Shown here: piece after piece, positions 1 to 10,795 of the stretch | Layout: each line of letters opens with the position of its first letter | Position numbering within the stretch: position 1 is the stretch's first letter | Source of the DNA: Thalia democratica | Taxonomy: Eukaryota | DNA: 64,000 nt | Reading direction: 5' to 3' | NCBI GenBank assembly: GCA_965202585.1 | Contig: OZ241833.1 | Location: forward strand, 36,084,001-36,148,000 | Notes under the pieces: generated by a model | What the model was told of the DNA's origin: nothing | What the model saw: the letters and a program-made list of their open reading frames with translations, nothing else | Database searches by the model: none | Position numbers and translations under genes: made by a program

Positions 1-1394
1 TCAGTGGAGCTCTTTAGTATCTATGTCTTGAATGTTCCTTTTTAATTTGAGCTTAGTTAAATATAATTTGTTTAGATTTCGCTCCTTTGAAGGTAATTAT
101 AACATAATGCTATTTATATTTCTGTTAATTATAAATTTATGTTACATATATTCATGGTGGTTTATAAAAAGATAAAAGTTTTTTATACAGCTTTTAAAAA
201 CCTTAACTGTATTTCGTTAATATGTAAGTATATAGAGCTGTATACAACTACAATCAAGTTTACTTATTTAAAATTTGCGACAAACTGTAACTGTTGAAAT
301 TTTAAATGCATATGTACTGGTAAAGGTATTTGTTTAAAATTAGCCAGTTTTCCACGGTGACATGCACGTTTTATTTTAAAATACTTTCAACTCACTTGCA
401 GTTAATGGAGAGAGACTTGCTGGGTGCTTCATTCAAATCGTGGCGATAAACAAAGTGAATTGATGAGTTGTGTTTTTTTGTTTCAATGGCTAATTGAAGT
501 TCAAATACATTTCAGGTTATTTTTATTAATCTTATAGAGATTTAAATAACAAAAAACGTAACTTAAATTTAAATGATACAGGAAAGCTAATTTTGAAAGC
601 TAAAATTCTTTTTTCTATTATATTAAAGTACACCACTTTTTTTTATAGAAGTAAATACCTGGTTTATGTAATTATAATATCAGTTTGTACTATTCTTATC
701 AAATAGATTTTGTTTATTATAAATGTTCACTGTGTGATTCATTTTTTTAATTTCAATGAAAATAAAGATTTTAAAAGAATATTTAGTACCTAATTCTAGT
801 TTCATTGTGGGTAAATATTCAAATCGATTAAAATAACTTTATGTAATCTCTTTTGAACACACTTTGTTTAAAATATAGGAGGGGATACTTGAGCTTTTAA
901 AAACCATTTTAAAGAGATACACATTACAAGTTTGAATACAATTTAAATTGTTTTTAGCTGTACACTAAAATTTTTTGGTCAAACAAAAACAAGTCAAAAT
1001 TTAAACTTTGATTAATAAATAAAGCCGTCTCTTATTGTGGTTACATATACAATTTTCACGTGTCATTGTAATTTTACTTCTAAATAAAACTTGATTTTGT
1101 GGTACATACATACTTTTTGTGGTTAAAAAGTATTAACTGTCATACAAGCATTTTTGAAAGCATTATTTGCTTACATAATGTAACTTTGTTTTTATATAAA
1201 AACTTTGTTATTGTTGTACTGGCTCATTTAGCTGTGTATAAGTACAAATATGATACTGTTTTTTAAAGTTCATAAATAAAAAAATAAGTATTTTGTAGTA
1301 CTTAATTACTTTGTTTTATTTTTTCTTTTAAATTTAAGACAACTTAAAAAAGTTTGACCACAACATGGTCTAATGATCAAGTGTGTAATCAAAG

Positions 1395-1455
1395 CTTTAC
1401 CTTGATTGAGTTTGGCACAAGAAAGTTCAGGCTTCCGCTTTTTCACTTCCGCCGG
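1395..1455 (-). promoter_or_regulatory. Candidate promoter and first non-coding exon of a leftward-transcribed gene
   Basis: On the minus strand there are two ETS-like motifs (CGGAAGTG, GCGGAAGC) in a local GC bump, followed about 40 bp later by a strong donor CAAG|GTAAAG (reverse complement of ctttaccttg, ~1395-1404). Motif-only evidence. Confidence 0.3.
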
Positions 1456-1589
1456 TTTTTTCTTTCTAAGATTAAATCAAAAATTTTAACTAGAAATTTT
1501 CAGATACCATGCATCCAATAATTCTTTGGTGTTAAATAACTTAATAAGTTTTTATGTACTAACTTTTGATAACTAATTTCTCACTCCAG

Positions 1590-1992
1590 CTGCCGGGGAT
1601 GAAAAATTCGTGAGAAGCTCGACGAGGCCCCCCAACATCCGGTTCACAAAGCAACCTGCAAACGACCACGTCATCAGAAGCTATGACGTCATTGAACTCG
1701 CGTGCGCGGGCGAAAGCGACGATGACGTCACGCTTCGCCCGGAGTGGTTCGTCAAGCCGCTGCTGCTGGATCCGGGGGAGGCGACTACCAGCTCTTCGAC
1801 GGGTGGGCGCGGAGCGAGTTCGTGGGAGTGGAGAAGTTTCGGGAGTTCTTCAACGGGAGCCTGACGGTTGCCGTGGCGACGGGGAGAATGTGACTGTGAG
1901 GCACGGTGATGACGTCAGCTTTGCCGTCAGGTGCTCCGTCGGTCGGGGCGATCTCGTGATTGTGAGCGAAGAGTTTCGGTTCACGCCTAAAG
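1590..1992 (+). pseudogene. Immunoglobulin-like domain exon with two apparent 1-bp deletions (pseudo-exon or assembly error)
   Basis: GC-rich island with branch point TACTAAC (1557-1563), acceptor ctccag|1590 and donor aaag|gttag at 1992/1993. Adding one G to each of the runs at 1774-1778 and 1881-1884 gives a 405-bp phase 1-1 exon: AGDEKFVRSSTRPPNIRFTKQPANDHVIRSYDVIELACAGESDDDVTLRPEWFVKPLLLDPGGGDYQLFDGWARSEFVGVEKFREFFNGSLTVAVATGENVTVRHGDDVSFAVRCSVGRGDLVIVSEEFRFTPK. This has the Ig hallmarks FTKQP, C..W..C and NGSLTV. Confidence 0.65.
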
Positions 1993-2944
1993 GTTAGAAA
2001 GTTTATATTTTAGTAAATGTATATGAAGAATTGAAAAAAAAAACAATTTATTTTGTTTAGCAATTTATAGAATTTTTTTTAAGAACATTTTTGTTAATGT
2101 ATGTTGTGTGTCATTGTGTTATAAAGTTTATACAACAGTCAAGTATAACAAAGTACTATAACTATTTTCGTCATTTGATTCGTTTAGTAACGATAGATAA
2201 TTAAAAAAAGACAATAGCAATAAAAAATATCTATGAACTTAGTTTAATGTATTCTGTCTAATTTAAGTTGAAAAACTGGATTAGACCTGAGAAAAGTAAT
2301 TTTAATATATTTACATGTTTGTTTAGTTTACATAATCGACCGCTTTGCTTGAAATTTGCATAGATAAAAAAATATTTTTTTTTTGTTAGTTTTAAAAATT
2401 AATTAAATGTTTACGGCTTATGTCAAAACAAGCCTATAGTCAAAAAAATTATTAACCCCTTTTTATTTACATTAGTGATTGTAGTTGAAGGTTTTTCCTT
2501 ACTGTATTTTGTATAGTAAAACATTCATAAAACAATAAAAAACTAAATTTGTGGCAACCACGCTTATATAACTACTGAGCATTAAATGCATAAAATATGT
2601 TTGAAAAACAAAAAATATTTTTTGTTAGCATAATTTTAGACGGTTTTAAGCATCAATACTTTGTCAGAAACTTAACAAAATTTTATCATTCAAACTAAAA
2701 TGTTGTTAATGCTTCATTATCATTCTTTATTTATTTATTAATACTTGTTTTATTTATAAAATCAATGATTAATCTACAGTACAAATAAAATTTATAATAT
2801 AACTTTTTTTTATATAAAGCTATTATACCGACTCAGTTGTGTTTAAAAATATTTCTTTTCAAATATTAAAGATTTTTTATAAACTAATAAGCCCAAACAC
2901 CATAAATAAACAAACTTCGCTTCAGTTTATAACTTTTTTCGCAG

Positions 2945-5662
2945 CAAATTTCTACCCGGTCGCTCACACCATCGTTCCCGCCGCCGTGTTGCTGGGGACG
3001 GGCGCCTCGTTGTTATGGAGCAGCGTGCGGGTCTACGTGGCCAAGGTTGCGGTGTGGCACGCCACCGCGCGGCAGAAAAGCGCGGAAAAAACCACCTACT
3101 TGTTCTTCGGCGTCTTCTTCGCCGTTTTCTCGTTCGCCGTCATCGTCGGCAACCTCGTCATCTCCTTCCTCGCTTCCGTGACGTCGTCGAATGACGTCAC
3201 GACGAGCAACATGACGTCGTACAATTCCACCGACTGCGGGCTGTTTTACACAATGGATGAAGCTCCCCAGAATTCCTCGTCGGAGGTGAACTCCCTTCCG
3301 AGGGAGAAAGTAAAGTTGGGCTTGGGCGTCTTCCTGGCCATGCAGCTGGTCGGCGCCCTCTCGTGCCTGTTCCTCTACGAAACCGAACCCAGTTTCCGTA
3401 GCAACGACATAGAAGCAGCAGAAGGGAAATTCCCTGAAGTTATGGATGAGAAAAGCACGTTGAGGCTGCTGAAGCTGATCTTCAAGGTTTTGAGGAGGGA
3501 CAAGCCCGCATTGCTGCTCATGCCCATCACCATGAGGGGGGGTTTTTTGTGGGCGTTCGTCATGGGCCAGTTCACCAGCGCCTGGATCTCTTGCGCCATT
3601 GGTTAGTAAATATTTTGTGAAATTTAGTTGATTTAGTTGAAATAAGTTTCTAACATAGAATTTTTTTGAATAGTTCTAGATATTGGTATAGTTTGAAATG
3701 TGAAAGCATAACTACTGTAAGTTTTTTTTTTCTTGATCTTCAAACTTTATAAGAATTAGAGAGAATTGTGTATTAAAAAAAATTCAGTCATATGGACAGG
3801 TATTTAAAACTTAAACTGTTGTTTATACCTAGATTAAGTTATTAAACTTTATAAATTTTCAGTTAAATTTTTTGTCTAAATATGTGTATATTAACAAGTT
3901 AAATTAAAGTTACTGTTCCTCAAGCAGAAAAGTAAAAATTCAAGAAAGCTAAATTTAATAAAAAATAAAAATACGGCAATGTAATGAAACTCAGAAGCTT
4001 AATTTTTCTTTTTTATTTATACCAAATGCGTTACAGGCACTTTAAGCTTTATTTTACATTTTAAGGAATTACTCACGTGACGAACTGCATGGCGGTGTTG
4101 GGGGCGGCGATGGCAATGAGCAGTTTCTCCTCCGCCTACCTCGCCAAAAAAATCCCCGTCTCCATGGTGATCCTGGTCCGGCCGCCCTGGAAACCTGCAT
4201 CCTCGTCGCCCTACTTGTGTGGCGGCCCAGTGACGTCATATGGGTTTATTACGTCATCGCAGGAGGGTTTGGGGTGACCAACGGAATCATGAAGTCACAA
4301 GTTGGTAGATTGATTAGAGTTGTATGAGCTGTTTGCAATAAGCTTTTGTTTTGTAGCGGGTTTAAGGTGTTTTATTTAGAAAAAATGTATTTGAAAATGT
4401 ATTATACTGATAAAGACACTTAATTAAGCTTCACTTAAAAACTTATAACTTTAATACAGACCCCAATAAACGACTCAAACTATAAGTTGTACTACACCAA
4501 GGTTTCCCTTTTTCACTTGCACAAATTTTCAGTAAACTAAATCATGATCGCCCCACTCATTTCAAACCCCATAATATCTAGTTAAGTTCTAAATCTTCAG
4601 TGAGTTGTGCCTGGGAGCTTATATTTTTTCTCAATACAAACCCGAGGTTCTGCAGTCTAAGTTTCAGATTTTTCGTGAAACGCATCTAAGTCACAGCTCC
4701 CTTCAAGTCCGCTGATTTGCCCAAGGGAGCGGAACAGAATATTTTTAGAAACTACTTGATTAACTTTTTACTTAGATTCTATAAGTCCTCTTTGTGAGTA
4801 TGAATTGAAATTAAACATAAAAAATTTAAAAATAGATTTAGAGCTGCATATAATTTTACATTAGAATTATAAGAGTTGTCTGATGTCTGATGAGCTTGTA
4901 TTTTCGTTTGTAGCAGCATAAAGGTGTTTTAATAAGTATAATGTAATTTAAATTGTGTTATATTAACAGAGACACTTGAATGTTCAACGAAGTAGTTTCA
5001 GTTAAAAACTTATAATTTTAGTACAGATTGCTGATCCCAATAAACAACTTAAACTATAATGTGTACTACATCAAGGTTTCCTTGATTCACTTGTGCAAAC
5101 GCCCCATTTTTAGTAAATTAAAATACTCATTTCAAGCTCCAGAATGCATAACATTATTAAGTTCTAAATCTTCTGTGAATTGTGCCTAAGACCTTTTTTC
5201 TCTTTAATAAGAACATCAGAACGTACAGTCGAAGTTTTTGTGAAACATATCTTAGTCAGCCCCCTGACTTGCTAAAATGTCTCCTAAGGGGGTTGTAGAG
5301 GGCCATAGGGGGCAACATAGGATACTTTGGCAAACTTCACGAACAACTTTTTACAAAGGTTTTAAAAGCACTTTTAAAGCTACGAGTTTAATTTAAACAC
5401 GACCGCAGTTGCCTCTTTAATTGAAATATTTTCAAAGGTTCCCGCGCTCTACTGCCTCATCTGGACTTCCGGTGACGACCTGGTCGCCAGCTCGGCCCTC
5501 CAGAGCCTGTGGGAGTCCCTTGCGGCGACCATATTGTACGGGTTGAGCGGAGTCATGCTCCCCGTCGCCCAGCTGGCTTTCGTCATGGCAACCACCACCG
5601 TGGGCACCGGGACGCTGCTGGTTGCTTGGAGGATGCGGGACAAGGAGTCGAGGTTTTGGTAA
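2945..5662 (+). pseudogene. UNC93A: UNC-93-like MFS transporter copy 1: exons 2945-3601, 4066-4300, 5438-5662; 5' exons missing, frameshift in the middle exon
   Basis: Translation ANFYPVAHTIVPAAVLLGTGASLLWS...FTSAWISCAIG|ITHVTNCMAV...KSQ|VPALYCLIW...SLWESL...RFW* aligns with UNC-93A family motifs recalled from memory (symbol means UNC93A-like). The exon at 4066 lacks one A at 4178/4179 (ctggtccggcc versus ctggtcacggcc at 51952), causing a frameshift. The two upstream exons present in other copies are absent. Confidence 0.85.
4400..5260. repeat. Diverged tandem duplication (~567-bp period) in a UNC-93 intron
   Basis: ttaaaaacttataa...cccaataaac...gtactac...caaggtttcc recurs at 4435 and 5002; the same arrangement is in the paralog at ~52200-53050. 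Confidence 0.7.
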
Positions 5663-8600
5663 ATGTTTTATCCGCTAGGTGGCGGTGTTGTTTTGAGCTA
5701 TGTTTTTTATGGGTTTTAAAAAAGGTTTAAAAGGATTTTTTAATAGATTAACTAGTTTAATTTAGTTTATTGTCAATAAGTAATTCTAGTTAATAAAATT
5801 ACCTGTGCTTTCAAAATTTAAGTAGCTTTTAAGTATAAAGTTTATGAAGGAATATTTGTTTTATACAGTTAGTTCTAGACTAGTTTGTTTATAGTAAAAG
5901 TGTTTTATTATTTTTAAAATATGAAGTTTAAAAATCTCATTTACTTAGTAGTTATTTAACAAGCTGTAATTTTCAAATAACCCTTTTATTTTCTGTAACT
6001 ATTTCTTTGACAAAGTTTTTATGTTGTTATATATGTTTTAATTTTTAAAAATTTTCTGTGTCTATGTAAAGTTGTTTGTTTCCTTATACACGTTTTAAAT
6101 TCCGTCTACATTTGTCTATCGATTTTATTTAATTTTTCTTTATACTATTGTTGGTGTTTAATAAATCTTTACATTTATTATTGTTGTTGTTTTGGATAAG
6201 ATCTAGAGACTGACATTAGACTTATTTATGTAATAAAAGCTGGATGTAAAATATGTTAGTTTAATTTTATGTTTCAAGTATAAAATTATAATTTAAAAAA
6301 TATTTTATTGTTTTAGACTTCTTTGTAGATTTTGTAGTTCAAACTTTTTAAAGTTTTAAATTGTTTTTACTTAAACTTATATTGTTGTCAAGTTTTATTT
6401 ATGCCACGTTATTTTTAAAAGTTACTTATATTTTTGAAACAAAGTTTTTTAGATAGTGTTTTTAGGCTCTTTATTATAAAAGATACATTACTCAATCTTT
6501 CTGTCTGATTTGTAAAAAATAGACTAAAGTAGCATTGATTTATTAAATAAGTATGAATTTTTTTATCCGTTATGTTCTTTGAAATGTTTTGAGCTTCGGG
6601 CTATTTTTAATATATCTCTTGGGTGTTAGTATTACTTTATATTTATTACTCGGTTTCTAAATAACTTTATACAGTCAATAAAACGTAGTGACTTGTAAAG
6701 TTAGCTGCCCATTATTCATCAAAAACAGTAAGTAGAAATTTTGTAAAGGTGAGTAAAGTTCACTGTTTGTATAAAATATCGCTGTTTAACACTTATTCCG
6801 GCAATTCAACAAAGTGTTTGTGTTTTCTCCATTCTAGTAACAATTTTGTGAGCTTTTAGGTTTAGATTATTCAACAAAAAAAATTTTCCAAGTTTTGACT
6901 TGCAAATTGTCAACTTGAAAATATTAATTTTAAATCAGGACTAGTGTATCAACAACAAGTTCTTACTCACAAACAATGACTGTTCTCAGAACATCTTATA
7001 AAGTTTGTTTCAACCAAAAGTTAACAAAATCTAGACTTAAAATTTCCGTTTAAAACTCCACTATACCTAAAGCTTATTTGAAACTTTCGTGACAGCTTTT
7101 AAATATTGAGCTTTTAAATAATAATTTTTGTTTTCCCTGTCATATACATCGTATCTCCTTGTGCAGGTAATTTTATTATTTTTATCAATGTTTTTAAGAA
7201 GGAGTTATATAATTTTTAGGATAATGTTATTTTTTCGATACTTAACAATTACCAAAAAGCAGCTTCATTATGTTGAAAATAAGAAAAAAAGTTGTAGAAA
7301 TGCTAATTAAGATTGGTCTTGAGATAGTTAATTTCGTTTAAGCATAAAATTTATTTAAATAAAAAACTACTGTCCTTATATTTTAATTTTTATAATTCTA
7401 GTCGCGGGCCCATTGTGATAAAAAATTCAAAAGTTAAAAACTTAAAGTATTAAGTTTTTTGATATGAGTGTTTATGAAAACGCTACAAACAAATAAATTT
7501 AAAAAAAAAGTATATTTAAAAGTAACCAAAGTGTATATATAGTCTTAAGGCAGTCAAACATAAAAAATAAAAGTAGGAATGAAATAATTTGTGTCGGTAC
7601 TTTATGATTACACTTAAGATACATTTTTAGATGATAACATATATTTAAAAAAAAATACACACAAAACTGTCTAGAGTTGTTTGAAAATACCAAGTTTATA
7701 AAATCGTGTTTTTAACTATTTTCTAGTCTTGCCTATTTAACCGTTTTCTGACTTTTCTAAAGTTCTAACAAATGAAAAAAAAACAGTAAGAAAATTAATT
7801 AAAACTTTGTGTGTTTAAATAATCAAGAATATAAATTTTCTTTTTATAAATCTAACTACTTAACAAATGTTTTATTTATAAATAACAACATTTTATTGTC
7901 CGTTACAACATGAAACACAACAAAAAGTTTAACAAATACTTTTTAGTGAATATTTCGAAAGCAGAAAGTAATAAAACTAAACTTTGTTTTTGAAAATTAA
8001 ATCAACTATAGCCCCAAAGGGGGCAACTTGGCTTAGTTTAGGAAACCCTTTTATGAATCTGTTCTGGATTTTTTTTTAAGTAGTGTTCAATAAAAATATT
8101 CAGAAAGTTTTACAAGTTTTGGTTCATGAAACTAGCGGGAAAATATTGCTTTGTTATTTCACTCACTTTTTGTAACTTAATTTTTTTTAATCTTTTGCTT
8201 ATTTTCTTAATTATTTATTTCGGTTTTCATCTTCAATGTAGTTTATTATAGATATTAACAACGGCCGGTGCTCAAATATGCACGAAGAGTCACTTTCTCG
8301 CAGTACCAACTTCGTACGGTAGAAAATCAACCGACGGGAGTAATTATGACTCCTTCAAGCATTACGCAGTTCAGGAAAGCTCATGTCTGGGTTGTAATTG
8401 ATTTTTGAGCTTGCTGCCGTTCAACATTATTGATTTACTGAGACCAACAGTAACAGTTGCGACTTTGAATGTATTGAAGTGTTTTATAAGGCCCGTATTT
8501 TTATTATTAAATTTTTATTTATAGTAATTTAAACTTTGTCTAACAAACGTTGCTTCGTATTACCATTAAGTATAAGCCTAAGTTGCTGTACAGATATGGA

Positions 8601-9042
8601 ATTTATGCATACATGCTTTGTTATCTTTATTAAGAGTTATTAAATTTAAAAGTACTGTTAAAAAATTGTATAAATTGCCAACGTACTGTATTTATTGAAT
8701 TAAACAATTCAATTAAATTGAAAAATTTCAAAATTAGAAAACCTGTATTTATTACTTAAAAAATAAGAATGGTTAAAAAACCAAACTTTTTTAAATTATT
8801 AAGACTCTAAGTTACCTATCAGTAGGATTTCATTAAATTAATTACTTATAGATAAATTTTTAAAAATACTCAAGAATTACATTCAATTGGTTATGTACTA
8901 TAGATGACGATCTTTTTTATTTTAAAATTAAACGCTTAAATATACGTTATCTAAATTGAACAGATTTATTTTAAAAATAGCAACAAATATTAAATTATGT
9001 ATTAGTCCAAAACAATAAGTTACTTAAACGTGTAAAGTGTTT

Positions 9043-10464
9043 TCAATAGATAATAAGCTTAGGTACTTTTACGCAACAAAAACCAATAATGTTTTCTGTC
9101 AACTCAAACTCTTCTTCACACCATTGATCTTTGCCAATGTCGTAGCACCAATATGATCGCGAGTAGGCACTGTAGGCAACAATCTTTTCACCGAATGAAA
9201 CAACTCTGAAGCGGCTTGATTTCTGATCTCTTCTCACCGGTCTCTTGATCAGCGCGAACTGCTGGCAGTCGGAATCAAAGACTTCGCAGCTTTCACGAGA
9301 GGGATAGAATGCGGGACGTGCGATTATGAACAGCTTGTTTCTGACGGCCACTTGTCCGTGATATTCTCTGGCGCCCAGCATGCTCGGCATTTGCGCCCAC
9401 TCGTTCGTCTCGTGGTCGTACGCTTCGACTGCGCGCGAGTGCGCTCCGTCAACAGTCCCGCCGGAAACGACCACTTTTCCTCGGTAAGCCGAACAAGCCG
9501 CGTTGTTTCTTCTGAGCATCATCTCAGCAATTGGTTTGAACGAGCAGTCTTTCGTGTCGAACATTCTTTCAGTGTCACTTGGATTATGGACATAAGCGTC
9601 GTTACGTTTATCTCTCCTTTCACCCCCACAAATATATATTTTGTCCATCAAAGCGCAAGCGCAAAAATTTTCCTGCTTCACGTCCTCTTGCGACACGCGC
9701 TGCCAAGTTTGGGTGAGCACAGAGTATTTATCAACCTGCGTTACGGTTCCGAACCCGTTGAAACCATAAAGAAAATAAACTTCTCCCCTCAGATAAACTG
9801 CTTTGAAGTGGGCTCGCGTTCTTTTCATTTGCAACGCGTCAGCTTTGGAGGGTTTAAAACTTCTACCGTCCACCTTGTGCGCGTTGGTGAAAAACATTTT
9901 TCCGAAGTAGCCTCCGCAGACGAGCACGTCAAACATGTCTTGACCGCAGTACCTGTGACGAGCGGAAAGTTTGCTTTCAACTTTTTTGCTGTCAACAACG
10001 TTTTGTAAAATTGCGGCGTGCTCGCCGTTTCCCGCAAAAGCCGAGCTTTCGCGCAGCAAACGCTCCAAGCTGCCGCTCGACAACAAACTGAGACGCACTT
10101 TTGCGAAGAGATCGCTCGCGAAAGCTCTTCTGCCTTCAAAGTCGCGGCTCAGCCAACCGTTGGCTGCGTTGACGACCTCAAGCTCGGAAGTGACATGCAG
10201 CGAAGAGCTTGAAAGCACTTTTGCAACCAGAGCAGAGCTCAGCTGCTGAAAGTTTTCAGTTTCAGCGACCACCGTGAAAAATCGTTCTATGTAGCACAGC
10301 AAAGCCTTAGAAAGGTTTTTTAAACTGAAGGTGACAGTTATCTCATAAAAGGCCGCCACATTCTTGAAACTTGTTTTCTCCTTGAAAACTTCGCAAATCT
10401 GGTTGCTTACTTCAACTTCACTCAGCAAAATCTTGCTTATCTTCAAATTTGAAACAGTTTTCAT
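9043..10464 (-). CDS. Kelch-like protein (BACK domain plus kelch repeats, no BTB), 473 aa, intronless; copy K1
   Basis: Intact ATG-to-TGA ORF. BACK-like segment NVAAFYEIT...LSSSSLHVTSELEVVNAANGWL...LFAKVRLSLL. Kelch repeats with GG/Y/W motifs (LVCGGY, KIYICGGE, VVVSGG, VEAYDHETNEWAQMPSM). Confidence 0.9.
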   Translation of the reverse strand: MKTVSNLKISKILLSEVEVSNQICEVFKEKTSFKNVAAFYEITVTFSLKNLSKALLCYIERFFTVVAETENFQQLSSALVAKVLSSSSLHVTSELEVVNAANGWLSRDFEGRRAFASDLFAKVRLSLLSSGSLERLLRESSAFAGNGEHAAILQNVVDSKKVESKLSARHRYCGQDMFDVLVCGGYFGKMFFTNAHKVDGRSFKPSKADALQMKRTRAHFKAVYLRGEVYFLYGFNGFGTVTQVDKYSVLTQTWQRVSQEDVKQENFCACALMDKIYICGGERRDKRNDAYVHNPSDTERMFDTKDCSFKPIAEMMLRRNNAACSAYRGKVVVSGGTVDGAHSRAVEAYDHETNEWAQMPSMLGAREYHGQVAVRNKLFIIARPAFYPSRESCEVFDSDCQQFALIKRPVRRDQKSSRFRVVSFGEKIVAYSAYSRSYWCYDIGKDQWCEEEFELTENIIGFCCVKVPKLIIY

Positions 10465-10563
10465 ATCTTCTGTTTTATGTGCATTTGTTAAAAAATCAAT
10501 ATAAATATTTTTTCAACTAAAAAAGATTGCTCAATTTACAGAGATGTAAAGAGTTTACTTAAA

Positions 10564-10739
10564 CAGGGATGTGCCAGTGTTAAGTATTTTATTTACAACC
10601 AGGTTTCAATGACAAAAAATTGCGACCTCTTCAAGTGAATTAAAATAGTAAGCAATGTTGCTAGCCTGTAATGTTGTGTGCAGTTTACTAGTTGCAATAA
10701 ACCTGGTTGCAAATAAAACAACTAATTTGCATATCTCTA
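10564..10739. mobile_element. Small MITE-like element upstream of kelch K1
   Basis: Imperfect TIR cagggatgtgc / gcatatctcta and internal inverted repeat ttttatttacaaccaggttt / aaacctggttgcaaataaaa. It lies in a ~250-bp segment bounded by a duplicated ttaaaaaatcaatataaa that is absent upstream of the G-type kelch copies. Confidence 0.5.
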
Positions 10740-10795
10740 TTTAAAAAATCAATATAAAGTAATGGATTTAGTTATTTAATATAATTAAAGTAGAA

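Noticed and set aside
402-454. Possible small + strand exon (ttgcag|TTAATGGAG...AACAAA|gtgaat; NGERLAGCFIQIVAINK)
   Set aside because: No recognisable homology, and its end phase (0) does not fit the phase-1 Ig exon downstream.
2839-2944. N-terminal extension of ORF 2839-3606
   Set aside because: Intronic: AT-rich, lies before the acceptor ttcgcag|2945, and is frame-disrupted in the paralogs.
4887-4910. CTGATGA motif as a second hammerhead candidate
   Set aside because: No stem II followed by GAAA, and the paralog reads ctgataag.
8255-8495. GC-elevated island with open frames (for example YARRVTFSQYQLRTVENQPTG...)
   Set aside because: No family recognised. Substitutions among the three copies are non-synonymous in the candidate frames, and one creates a stop (acgtag at ~55771).
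9352-10249. Antisense and alternate-frame ORFs overlapping kelch (218, 104, 92 and 64 aa; same at 43085 and 56760)
   Set aside because: Shadow ORFs of a GC-richer CDS with no independent signals.
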